Both the position numbers and the translations under genes were made by a program. From Candidatus Poribacteria bacterium (GTDB lineage Bacteria > Poribacteria > WGA-4E > GCA-2687025), in NCBI GenBank assembly GCA_963665845.2, contig OY762492.1:256001-320000 (forward strand): 64,000 bases of DNA. Reading direction: 5' to 3'. Positions 36,484-45,511 of the stretch are shown here, in pieces; the stretch's first letter is position 1, and each line of letters starts with the position of its first letter. Below the pieces are notes generated by a model. The model had not been told where the DNA came from, did not search any database, and was given only the letters and a program-made list of their open reading frames with translations.

Positions 36484-38378
36484 AACGCGCTGTCGCCGCC
36501 GCATTGCTTGCCGCCATCTGTTCAGCGTCCGCCGATGTTCAAATCGAACTGACGCATCCGTTGGCGGGCGCGCGGTTTTCCACCAACAACCCGACGCTGA
36601 TACTGGAAGGTCGGCTCCTTTCAGACGGCGGACCGCTGCTGCTTTCGATAGACGCCGCCGCGGCGCCCTCCGCTCTGGACGGCTCTGAAACGCATACCTC
36701 CGAGCTGGTACTGGACGCGGGTCAACAAACTTCAGCCGAGGGAGTCGTCTTTCAGCCCGTCATCGAGCAAACGGAGCGGGGCTGGAAATCATACGGTCCC
36801 CGCGTCGTGGAGATCTGGACGGGAAACGCCGGCGCAGCGCCGTCCGCCGTCTTGGTCTGCCCGTCCGGCGTCGGCGACCCTCGCCAAGAGGCGTTCGTCC
36901 GCTTCGACAACCTCCCGCCCAGTCGATTCTACCGGCTGCGCTGGAAGGAGGGCTGGCAGCGCCGACCGGACGGAACGCCGCATGTACGTTTAAAAGGAGT
37001 CGCGCTCATGGGCGGTTCTGCCCAAATCGTTCAAACGGCGGCGTTTTTCGCGCAGGCGGACTCTGAAGTAACCTTCAGACGAACCGTCCAATTGCGCCCT
37101 GGCGCCAACCGCATTCGGCTTTCCGTTCAACAGCTGGAAACGGAAGAACGCGCCGACGCCGAACTGGAAGCGGAGCTGGCAGACCCGTTCGGACAAGGGG
37201 CGCCTGAAGAAACGGTTGTCCTAAGCGACGGAAGCGGCTTGACGATTGAGATGCCGCCCGGCTCCGTCGACGAAACGATGCGCGGACTCCGCCTGATACG
37301 CATGGATCCGCAGGAGACGCCGCTCGCGTCCTACCGCGGACACCGCCTCATTGACGACCGCCGTCCGCCGTTTGCGGCGTACCATTTTGAGGGGCTGTTT
37401 CAAACGGCGTTTGAGGCGGAGGCGAGCGCGTCTCTCCCTGGTCAACCCGCCTCGCTCGCGGCGGACGGGCGTACCGCTTATCCGTCAACCTGGATCGCCG
37501 CGCGGGCGCCGTTTCCGATACGGTGGAAGGTCGATCTTGGGCGCGTTGAGACGATCGGGCGCGTCGTCGTCCGCGCGCATCAGGAGCGGGGCGTTTCTTA
37601 TAGCCCAAGCAAAGCCTCCATCTGGCTCTCCGCAGACGGCGTCCATTTTCAGCTGGCGCAGGAGGCTGACCAGTTCAACGACGGGGCGACCGCCATCGAC
37701 CTTCCCCCTGGTATGAGCGGCAGATGGGCGGAGCTGTTGATTGAAGAGGGGAAGGCGGGGCATACGGTGCAGATCAACGAGATCGAGTTTTACGACGCAT
37801 CGGGGGCGCGGATTGCGGCGCTGGAGTCGCAGAGCGAGATTCCGTTTTTAAAGCCGGCGCTGGCGGCGGTGAACGTTCCTTCAGCGGCGGAGAATCAGCA
37901 GGTCGGCCTCTTTTTTCTGGACGCTTCAACGAATCGATGGGAGTGGACGCGGGCGGCGCAGACCGGCGGTCTTTTTCTTTTTGAAACGAACGCGCTGTCG
38001 CCGCTGGCGCTGTTTCAGATGCGCTCCGCGCCCTTCGACGAGGGCAATTTCACGGTTCAATGGAGCTTGAACCCATTTTCGCCGAACGGAGACGGCAAGG
38101 CGGATCGGTCGCGCCTGTTTTTAAATGCGGGCGGAAACTTGCAGAATCGACCGGTATGGTATACAGTAAAGATATACGATCTGCACGGAATGTTGATACG
38201 AACGCTTGCCGACCGGGCGAAAGCGTCCGCCGGAGCCATGTCGGTTGAATGGGACGGGATCGACCGAAATGGTCAGGCGGCTCCCATCGGTCCGTATGTG
38301 TATTCCGCGCAGGCGCATGTGGACGATGCGAAGACTGCGGCGGCGGTTTTCAGAGGGCTGATCGTGATCGCCCGATGA
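36480..38378 (+). CDS. Secreted protein with discoidin-like domain(s) and a C-terminal FlgD Ig-like domain
   Basis: Signal peptide; AADG...W, VDLG, INEIEFY; NPFSPNGDG, KIYDL.G..IRTL, WDG. Confidence 0.75.
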   Translation: MKRAVAAALLAAICSASADVQIELTHPLAGARFSTNNPTLILEGRLLSDGGPLLLSIDAAAAPSALDGSETHTSELVLDAGQQTSAEGVVFQPVIEQTERGWKSYGPRVVEIWTGNAGAAPSAVLVCPSGVGDPRQEAFVRFDNLPPSRFYRLRWKEGWQRRPDGTPHVRLKGVALMGGSAQIVQTAAFFAQADSEVTFRRTVQLRPGANRIRLSVQQLETEERADAELEAELADPFGQGAPEETVVLSDGSGLTIEMPPGSVDETMRGLRLIRMDPQETPLASYRGHRLIDDRRPPFAAYHFEGLFQTAFEAEASASLPGQPASLAADGRTAYPSTWIAARAPFPIRWKVDLGRVETIGRVVVRAHQERGVSYSPSKASIWLSADGVHFQLAQEADQFNDGATAIDLPPGMSGRWAELLIEEGKAGHTVQINEIEFYDASGARIAALESQSEIPFLKPALAAVNVPSAAENQQVGLFFLDASTNRWEWTRAAQTGGLFLFETNALSPLALFQMRSAPFDEGNFTVQWSLNPFSPNGDGKADRSRLFLNAGGNLQNRPVWYTVKIYDLHGMLIRTLADRAKASAGAMSVEWDGIDRNGQAAPIGPYVYSAQAHVDDAKTAAAVFRGLIVIAR

Positions 38379-38404
38379 GCCGCCGCACAACTGAAGGTGA
38401 AACA

Positions 38405-39268
38405 ATGCCAGAATACCGCTACAGAATAATGTTCGTCGACGACGATGAAGACATCGTCGACATGATCGACTCCTATATGTCGTCGGAAGGGTACAAGGTG
38501 ATTCCGGCGTATGACGGGGAGTCCGCGCTCCAGATCTTCAACCAAGCGCAGCAATCCGATAACAGCGAAGACCGCATCCATCTCATCCTTCTCGACATCA
38601 TGATGCCGAAGATTGACGGGTTCGATGTGTGCCGGCAAATTCGCAAAATCTCCAACGTGCCGATCGTCATGTTAACGGCAAAAACGGAGGACATCGACAA
38701 GATCATCGGTCTTGAGCTGGGGGCGGACGATTACATGGTGAAGCCGTTCAACCCGCGCGAGCTGCTGGCGCGCATCCGCTCGGTCATTCGCCGCTCCTTC
38801 GCTCCCAACGAAGAATCGCCCGGCTCCGGCGACGGCGTTCTTGTCAACGGCGACTTTCGAATCGACCCGTCGCGGCGTTCCGCTTCCATCCGCGAGCGCG
38901 ACCTGAAACTGACCGCCACCGAGTTTGATCTGCTTTACTTTCTCGTCAAACGCGCCGGCAAAGTGTTCACCCGCCGCCAGCTGATTGACCACATCTGGAA
39001 CGCCGACTACTGCATCGGCGAACGCACCGTTGACGTACACATACGCCGACTCCGAGAGCATGTTGAAGAGGAGCCGGGCAGACCGCAGTACATCCTCACC
39101 GTCTGGGGCGTCGGTTACAAATTCCATGACGGCGCGTCCTTGACCAAGCCGATTGCGTTGGACAGCGCAGACGACGCCATCGAGAGCGTGATGATTGAGA
39201 CGGACGAGTCTGAAGACGCGATCGAGAGCATAGAAGTCCTCTCCATAGCGGGCGGCGAAAGTGAATGA
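38405..39268 (+). CDS. OmpR/PhoB-family response regulator with an acidic C-terminal tail
   Basis: VDDD, LLDIMMP, LTAK, GADDY..KPF, RTVDVHIRRLR, TVWGVGY. Confidence 0.95.
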   Translation: MPEYRYRIMFVDDDEDIVDMIDSYMSSEGYKVIPAYDGESALQIFNQAQQSDNSEDRIHLILLDIMMPKIDGFDVCRQIRKISNVPIVMLTAKTEDIDKIIGLELGADDYMVKPFNPRELLARIRSVIRRSFAPNEESPGSGDGVLVNGDFRIDPSRRSASIRERDLKLTATEFDLLYFLVKRAGKVFTRRQLIDHIWNADYCIGERTVDVHIRRLREHVEEEPGRPQYILTVWGVGYKFHDGASLTKPIALDSADDAIESVMIETDESEDAIESIEVLSIAGGESE

Positions 39269-40251
39269 TTGAGGCGGAAGGGCTGACGAAGCGGTACGGA
39301 AGCTACCTCGGCATTGAACAGGTTTCGTTCAAAATTGACGCGGGGGAAGCGGTCGGGCTTCTCGGTCCGAACGGAGCCGGCAAAACGACGACGCTGCGCA
39401 TTCTCACATGCGCCATGTCAGCCACATCGGGGCGCGCTTCGGTCGCCGGGTACGACCTGTTCAAAGAGAGCATGCAGGCGCGCCGCCATATCGGATACCT
39501 TCCCGAAACGCCGCCGCTTTATCCTGAAATGACCGTTGAAGCGTATCTGCGTTTTGCCGCGTCCATCAAAGGCGTCGCGCGCCGCCGCATCGCCGGACGA
39601 ATCAATGACGCGGTTGAGCTGTGCGGACTGGAAGAGATGCGCAAGCGGGTCGTCGGGCATCTGTCAAAAGGGTACCGGCAGCGGGTCGGCATCGCCCAGG
39701 CGTTGATTCATGAGCCGAAAGCGGTGGTGCTGGACGAGCCGACCAGCGGGCTTGACCCCGCGCAGATTGTTGAAATACGCGGACTCATCCAGCGTCTCGG
39801 ACAGGAGCGAACTGTCCTGTTGACGACGCATATTTTGGCGGAGGCGCAAGCCTCCTGCGGGCGTCTGCTGGTCATCAACCGCGGGCGCATCGCCGGCGAC
39901 ATACGCCTCAACGCGGCGGGGGAAGCGGTGTCGATTCAGACCGAGAACGGCGCCCCGCCGCTTTTGTCGGAAGGCTCCGTCGTCGTCGCCGCCCGCCCGT
40001 TTGACGAGGCGATGGAGGCGCGCCTTCGGCAGATTCCCGGCGCCGCGTCTGTCCGCCGGACGTCCAAAGACTCCGCCCTTGATATTCAAGAGGAGCCGGC
40101 ATGGCTCATCGAGGCGGAACAGGGGGCGGACATACGAGGCGCATGCGCCGCCGCGGTCGTGGAGGCGGGAGGAGAGCTGCTGAAATTGGCGCCCGCCCGC
40201 CCGTCGCTTGAGCGGCTTTTTTTAAACCTGACGCAGCAAGAAGCCGCATGA
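39265..40251 (+). CDS. ABC transporter ATP-binding protein (GldA-like)
   Basis: GPNGAGKTT, LSKGYRQR, LDEPTSGLDP. Confidence 0.93.
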   Translation: MIEAEGLTKRYGSYLGIEQVSFKIDAGEAVGLLGPNGAGKTTTLRILTCAMSATSGRASVAGYDLFKESMQARRHIGYLPETPPLYPEMTVEAYLRFAASIKGVARRRIAGRINDAVELCGLEEMRKRVVGHLSKGYRQRVGIAQALIHEPKAVVLDEPTSGLDPAQIVEIRGLIQRLGQERTVLLTTHILAEAQASCGRLLVINRGRIAGDIRLNAAGEAVSIQTENGAPPLLSEGSVVVAARPFDEAMEARLRQIPGAASVRRTSKDSALDIQEEPAWLIEAEQGADIRGACAAAVVEAGGELLKLAPARPSLERLFLNLTQQEAA

Positions 40252-40282
40252 AACAAGCCGCGCCAGCCCAAAGAGGCGACCA

Positions 40283-41044
40283 ATGAGACGTCTGACGGCG
40301 CCGCCGCTGGCTGTTTGTAAACGGGAAATCTACAGCTACTTCGTCTCCCCCGTCGCCTACTTTACGATCGTGCCGTACCTGCTCCTGTGCGGCTTTTTTT
40401 TCTATATTGCGTTCAACATCGCCTCCCGATCAAGATCTGAAACTGCCGCTTCGGATCTGATGATCAACGCGATACAGACGATGAGCGTGCTGTTGACGCT
40501 CGCGTCGCCGCTGCTGACGATGCGCTCCTTCGCCGAAGAACGCCGCGCAGGGTCGATGGAGCTGCTTGCAACATCGCCGATTCGAGAACGGGACATCGTC
40601 TTAGGCAAGTTTTTCGCCAGCTGGTTTCTGGTCGGCGCGATGCTGCTCGCGACGGCGCCGTATCCGCTCTTCGTGCAGAGATACGGCAACCCGGACGCCT
40701 TGCCGATACTGGTCGGCTATTTTGGATTGGCGCTGCTGGGCGGATGCTTGCTGTCTCTCGGTCTGCTCATTTCTTCGCTCTCATCGAATCAGATTGTGGC
40801 GGGGGTCACGACTCTCGGCGCCGGACTGTTTCTTTGGATGATCCAGTCGCTGCCGGCGGCGTCGGGTACCGCGACTCTCTACGGAACGGTACGCGAGATC
40901 GTCGTCTACATGTCGCTTCAGCAGCATCTAACGGGGTTTTCGCAGGGAGTCGTTGCCCTCAAAAGCATGGTCTACTATCTTAGCTTCATTTCGGTATGCC
41001 TCTATTTGACAACGATCTCCTCCGCCTCGTTCCGATGGAAATGA
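40283..41044 (+). CDS. ABC-2 permease (GldF-like)
   Basis: REIYSYF.SP.AY, LTMRSFAEE, VLGKF, NQIVA. Confidence 0.9.
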   Translation: MRRLTAPPLAVCKREIYSYFVSPVAYFTIVPYLLLCGFFFYIAFNIASRSRSETAASDLMINAIQTMSVLLTLASPLLTMRSFAEERRAGSMELLATSPIRERDIVLGKFFASWFLVGAMLLATAPYPLFVQRYGNPDALPILVGYFGLALLGGCLLSLGLLISSLSSNQIVAGVTTLGAGLFLWMIQSLPAASGTATLYGTVREIVVYMSLQQHLTGFSQGVVALKSMVYYLSFISVCLYLTTISSASFRWK

Positions 41045-41120
41045 GTAGATTGTTTTGACCGTACTGTATAGAAAAGAATCCGCTCAACGATAACAACGTT
41101 CGCATGCGCAGGATCGCCCA

Positions 41121-42683
41121 ATGAACCGTTCTTCAGACCGCCGCAGATTCGTTCTTGTCGGCCTCTTGCTCAGCTTCGGCATGTTGATCGCCGCATGCGT
41201 CGGCTGGGCGTTTGGCGGGTTTCGTTCGCTGGCGTTTCATCTGCCGTTTTGGATCGGCGCCGCCGGCGTTGGCGCGGTTTTTCTATGGGGAAGGGACCAG
41301 CTTGCCGACCTCTTTACAGGGAGGGCGGCCGCCCATGGAGCCGCCGCGGCATTCAGCGCCGTTGCCGCTGTCGGCATCGCCGCGATGTTGAACGCCATCG
41401 CCGCCTCCCGCTTCGACATCCACTGGGATTCCACCCAAGACAAAGTCTTCACGCTTTCGGAACAGACCCATGCGGTTCTCGACTCGTTGACCGAAAAGGC
41501 GGAGATTATCGGGTTCTATCCGTCCGACCCCGACGCGACGCGCTACCGCGACGGCTTATACGCCGAGCATCTGCTGACGCTATACCGCCGCGCGTCGAAC
41601 GGGAAGGTCGACTTTGAGATGGTGGATCCCTACCTCTCCCCGCGGCGCGCCCAGCAGTACGGCGTCATGCATGAGGGTATCGCCGCGTTTGAAATGGCAG
41701 GGCGAATAGAGCGCACCTCTAGTTTGACAGAGGCGGATTTCACCGCCGCGCTTTTGAAGTTGTCGCGCGGGGAAACGCCCGCCGTTTATTTTTTGACCAA
41801 TCATGGCGAACGTTCCATCGCGGATCCGAACGAAACGGGCTATACCAGCGTCGAAGTCGGGTTGATGAAACAGAACTACAGCGTTGAGCCGTTGGATCTG
41901 CGCCGCGCGCCGGTGCGCGTCCCCGCGGACGCCGCGGCAGTCGTCATCGCCGGCCCGAGGGAACCGTTTCTCGCCAGCGAGCTGAACGCGCTTGATCAGT
42001 ATGTGGACCGAGGCGGGCGCGTCATGGCGCTGCTGGATCCGATCCAGGAGGACAAGCTTGAAAACCTGCGGAGTTGGTTAAAAAAACGTTCCGGCGCCGA
42101 TATACAAAACGCCGCTGTCATCGATAGCGAATATAAATACAGCCCCGACCCGTTCTTTCTGTCGGCGCAGCTGGAGCCGCGCCATCAGATTACGGCGGGG
42201 CTGCATCGGTCGATCGGTTCGATTCCATTTCCTCTCGCCTCGCCTGTCCTCTTTGAGGCGAATGTCGACTATGCTCCGCTGGCAAGCAGCGGGAGCGACG
42301 CCCCGCAGTCCTGGATTGAGAACGATCTTGCGACCGCCCCGCCCGCCTATGAGCCGGAGAAGGGGGATGTCGGGGGGCCGGTTCTGATGGCGGCGGCTAT
42401 TGAAGGGAAGGGGGAGAACGGCGCCCGATTCGCGCTGTTCGGCGATTCCGATTTCGCGTCCAACCAGCTTTATGCATACGGAGGCGATCTGTTCCTTTAC
42501 ACGGTGAACTGGCTGACGCGCCAAGAGGAGCTGATTGCCATACCGCCGAGAGACCCGATGCAGCGGGTTCTCCGTCCGCCGGGTTCTCGAGGCGAGCGGA
42601 TCGCGTTTGTTGTGATGGCGGTCTTTTTGGCTCCCGCGCTTTTTTCGATGGCGGGGATTGTGGTCTGGCTCTGGCGCCGATAG
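41121..42683 (+). CDS. GldG-family ABC auxiliary component
   Basis: WD.T....TLSEQT, VYFL..HGE, GDSDFASN, N.VNWL-like motif, C-terminal TM-WRR. Confidence 0.88.
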   Translation: MNRSSDRRRFVLVGLLLSFGMLIAACVGWAFGGFRSLAFHLPFWIGAAGVGAVFLWGRDQLADLFTGRAAAHGAAAAFSAVAAVGIAAMLNAIAASRFDIHWDSTQDKVFTLSEQTHAVLDSLTEKAEIIGFYPSDPDATRYRDGLYAEHLLTLYRRASNGKVDFEMVDPYLSPRRAQQYGVMHEGIAAFEMAGRIERTSSLTEADFTAALLKLSRGETPAVYFLTNHGERSIADPNETGYTSVEVGLMKQNYSVEPLDLRRAPVRVPADAAAVVIAGPREPFLASELNALDQYVDRGGRVMALLDPIQEDKLENLRSWLKKRSGADIQNAAVIDSEYKYSPDPFFLSAQLEPRHQITAGLHRSIGSIPFPLASPVLFEANVDYAPLASSGSDAPQSWIENDLATAPPAYEPEKGDVGGPVLMAAAIEGKGENGARFALFGDSDFASNQLYAYGGDLFLYTVNWLTRQEELIAIPPRDPMQRVLRPPGSRGERIAFVVMAVFLAPALFSMAGIVVWLWRR

Positions 42684-42783
42684 TGGCGTTTCCAGCGTCT
42701 TTTGCGCGCATCCAGAGGCGGCGCAGAAACCGCCCGCGTCTATTTGCCGGTACGGCTTCTTAAGAACGGCGCTTGAAAAAATG

Positions 42784-42813
42784 TTGACGCTATGTCCCGC
42801 CGTATATTATGAT
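42784..42813 (+). promoter_or_regulatory. Putative sigma-70 promoter
   Basis: TTGACG-N18-TATGAT in an AT-rich intergenic region. Confidence 0.4.
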
Positions 42814-42877
42814 GTTTTTGTAGCATGGGTTTGCTTGCGTTGAAATCTGTTGCAGCGCGGCGATACGCATTTGCTAA

Positions 42878-43132
42878 AAATTTAAATGCGACAGGAGAAC
42901 ATACGATGAACAAACGCATGATCAAGCGAACGATCCAGCATGGCGCTACTACCTAAAAGGAGAGACGCGCCTTGTAAACGCAAACCTGGACCCTCTTGAT
43001 CAAGATCCAAACATCAACAAGAAGCATTGGGACCCTCTGCCGAGCGCCGAACACAAAACGGAAACGCGGGAATTCCGACCTGACGGGGCGCCTGGTCAGT
43101 TCTGGGTGAAAGGCTGGAACGACACTCCCTGA
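42878..43132 (+). pseudogene. Start-less 84-codon open frame, likely 3' remnant of a lost gene
   Basis: KFKCDRRTYDEQ...DPAWRYYLKG...FWVKGWNDTP*; bounded by an in-frame TAA, no ATG. Confidence 0.45.
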
Positions 43133-43155
43133 ACTGTAAGACGGCTGAATCGCCT

Positions 43156-43192
43156 GCGTTCGCGCCGAGACATGCGTGTTCGGCGCGAACGC
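43156..43192. other. 13-bp-stem hairpin upstream of the TolB-like gene RBS
   Basis: gcgttcgcgccga ... tcggcgcgaacgc. Confidence 0.7.
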
Positions 43193-43219
43193 CCCGTTCT
43201 TACTTGAAAGGAACATGAC

Positions 43220-44341
43220 ATGAGATTCTTTGCCTTTTCAAAACGTTGGACAGCTCTTTCCGCTGCCGCGTTCTCGCTTCTGCTGTGCGCGTCCGCGCCG
43301 GCGGAAGATTATGTTCCGCTGGAAGATGTGACGAAACTGGAGCGGCCGACTCTCTGCATCAACCGAGATGGAAATCTTCGCCTCATCGACTGGGACGGCC
43401 AGAACGAACGACTCTGGATGACAGGCGACTTCGGCATGTCCACCAGATTTAGCCGAGACGGGAAATACGTTTCCTTCTTCGCCGGCGACTACAAACATTA
43501 CATTCTGGAGCTGGAAACAGGGCGTCTCATCGATATGGGGGAATGGCGGGACAACAACGGGTACGAACATCTCTACATCTCAGGCGGCGCCTGGTGGTTC
43601 CCAGACGGAAGGCGGCTCGCATGCCGCGGAAATGTCAAAGGAGCGCGGGTCTTTGGGGATGATATTTACGTGTTGGATCTCGATCGCAAGAGAATGATCA
43701 AGCTCACCAAAACGCCGGACAGGGACGAATACTGGGCGACCGTTTCTCCAGACGGCAAGACGATCGCCTTCAACAGTTATCCGCCCAGCGAAGAAGAGCG
43801 AGCGGCGCTGGGCATCGAACACTTCCCCACCCATCTTTATACGATGAGGAGTTCGGACGGGCGCAACGTCGTCAATCTAACGAACAGCGGCTCGTCCTAT
43901 GAGTATCCTGCGTGGTCGCCGGACGGCAAGAAAATTGCGTTCCAAGGCTCCGGCCGTGAGCTGCAAGAAGAAGGGATCGCCGACATACAAATCTATATCA
44001 TCAACCCGGACGGCTCCAACCTAGAGCGTCTCACTTTTGCTAAAATAGACGAGGCGTGGGCAATGCCTATGGACTGGTCGGCGGACAGCAAGTGGGTTCT
44101 TTATACAGTGGAAGACGAAGAAGCGCCGGGTTCGCCCAGGAGCCTTTACCGCATCCACATAGACACGCGGGAGATTGTTCGCATCAGAACGCCCAGCGCT
44201 GTCGCCAGTTGGGTTCATGCGGGCAAGAGCCGCTTCCTCTCCGTCGATCCTGCGGGCAAGAAGCATGACCAGTGGGGCGAAATGAAGGCGGCGGACGCTG
44301 AAGAAACGCGGACGGAAGAGAACGCCCCTGCCGAAGAATGA
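43220..44341 (+). CDS. Secreted TolB-like beta-propeller protein, paralogue 2
   Basis: Signal peptide, PD40 repeats, C-term SVDPAGKKHDQWGEMK. Confidence 0.88.
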   Translation: MRFFAFSKRWTALSAAAFSLLLCASAPAEDYVPLEDVTKLERPTLCINRDGNLRLIDWDGQNERLWMTGDFGMSTRFSRDGKYVSFFAGDYKHYILELETGRLIDMGEWRDNNGYEHLYISGGAWWFPDGRRLACRGNVKGARVFGDDIYVLDLDRKRMIKLTKTPDRDEYWATVSPDGKTIAFNSYPPSEEERAALGIEHFPTHLYTMRSSDGRNVVNLTNSGSSYEYPAWSPDGKKIAFQGSGRELQEEGIADIQIYIINPDGSNLERLTFAKIDEAWAMPMDWSADSKWVLYTVEDEEAPGSPRSLYRIHIDTREIVRIRTPSAVASWVHAGKSRFLSVDPAGKKHDQWGEMKAADAEETRTEENAPAEE

Positions 44342-45404
44342 CGTCCGCCCGCGCGCCTTCATCTTGAAAGGAGCATGACATGGCCTTCTCCGCTTTTACA
44401 AAACCCTTGGCGGCGTTCGCAGCCGTTGTCGTCTTGCTTCTGCTGTGCGCGTCCGCGCCGGCGGAAGATTATGTTCCGCTGGAAGATGTGACGAAACTGG
44501 AGCGGCCGACTCTCTGCATCAACCGAGATGGAAATCTTCGCCTCATCGACTGGGACGGCCAGAACGAACGACTCTGGATGACAGGCGACTTCGGCATGTC
44601 CACCAGATTTAGCCGAGACGGGAAATACGTTTCCTTCTTCGCCGGCGACTACAAACATTACATTCTGGAGCTGGAAACAGGGCGTCTCATCGATATGGGG
44701 GAATGGCGGGACAACAACGGGTACGAACATCTCTACATCTCAGGCGGCGCCTGGTGGTTCCCAGACGGAAGGCGGCTCGCATGCCGCGGAAATGTCAAAG
44801 GAGCGCGGGTCTTTGGGGATGATATTTACGTGTTGGATCTCGATCGCAAGAGAATGATCAAGCTCACCAAAACGCCGGACAGGGACGAATACTGGGCGAC
44901 CGTTTCTCCAGACGGCAAGACGATCGCCTTCAACAGTTATCCGCCCAGCGAAGAAGAGCGAGCGGCGCTGGGCATCGAACACTTCCCCACCCATCTCTAT
45001 ATGATGAGGAGTTCGGACGGGCGCAACGTCGTCAATCTAACGAACAGCGGCTCGTCCTATGAGTACCCTGCGTGGTCGCCGGACGGCAAGAAGATCGCGT
45101 TCCAAGGCTCCGGCCGTGAGCTGCAAGAAGAAGGGATCGCCGACATACAAATCTATATCATCAACCCGGACGGCTCCAACCTAGAGCGTCTCACTTTTGC
45201 TAAAATAGACGAGGCGTGGGCAATGCCTATGGACTGGTCGGCGGACAGCAAGTGGGTTCTTTATACAGTGGAAGACGAAGAAGCGCCGGGTTCGCCCAGG
45301 AGCCTTTACCGCATCCACATAGACACGCGGGAGATTGTTCGCATCAGAACGCCCAGCGCTGTCGCCAGTTGGGTTCATGCGGGCAAGAGCCGCTTCCTCT
45401 CCGT
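43276..45404 (+). repeat. Near-identical tandem duplication (about 969-bp core, offset 1160)
   Basis: 43276-44244 versus 44436-45404; about 5 substitutions seen. Confidence 0.95.
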
Positions 45405-45486
45405 TGACCCTGCTGATAAAAAAAAAAGCGCAGTGGGGAGCGTTAAAAGCGGAGGAGCCGACCGCCCCTCAAGAGACAACCCCTGA
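44380..45486 (+). CDS. Secreted TolB-like beta-propeller protein, paralogue 3 (C-terminal frameshift in an A10 run)
   Basis: Core identical to paralogue 2 except T-to-M; tail out of frame after 45418-45427. Confidence 0.85.
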   Translation: MAFSAFTKPLAAFAAVVVLLLLCASAPAEDYVPLEDVTKLERPTLCINRDGNLRLIDWDGQNERLWMTGDFGMSTRFSRDGKYVSFFAGDYKHYILELETGRLIDMGEWRDNNGYEHLYISGGAWWFPDGRRLACRGNVKGARVFGDDIYVLDLDRKRMIKLTKTPDRDEYWATVSPDGKTIAFNSYPPSEEERAALGIEHFPTHLYMMRSSDGRNVVNLTNSGSSYEYPAWSPDGKKIAFQGSGRELQEEGIADIQIYIINPDGSNLERLTFAKIDEAWAMPMDWSADSKWVLYTVEDEEAPGSPRSLYRIHIDTREIVRIRTPSAVASWVHAGKSRFLSVDPADKKKSAVGSVKSGGADRPSRDNP

Positions 45487-45511
45487 CGCTGAATGACGGG
45501 CGCGGAACGAT

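Noticed and set aside
42906-42956. 16-aa leader peptide MNKRMIKRTIQHGATT after AGGAGA
   Set aside because: No attenuator logic or amino-acid run; it overlaps the longer remnant frame and cannot be supported from sequence alone.
43220-45486. Diversity-generating retroelement (TR/VR pair) behind the propeller variants
   Set aside because: No reverse transcriptase in the window, differences are not adenine-specific, and whole genes are duplicated.
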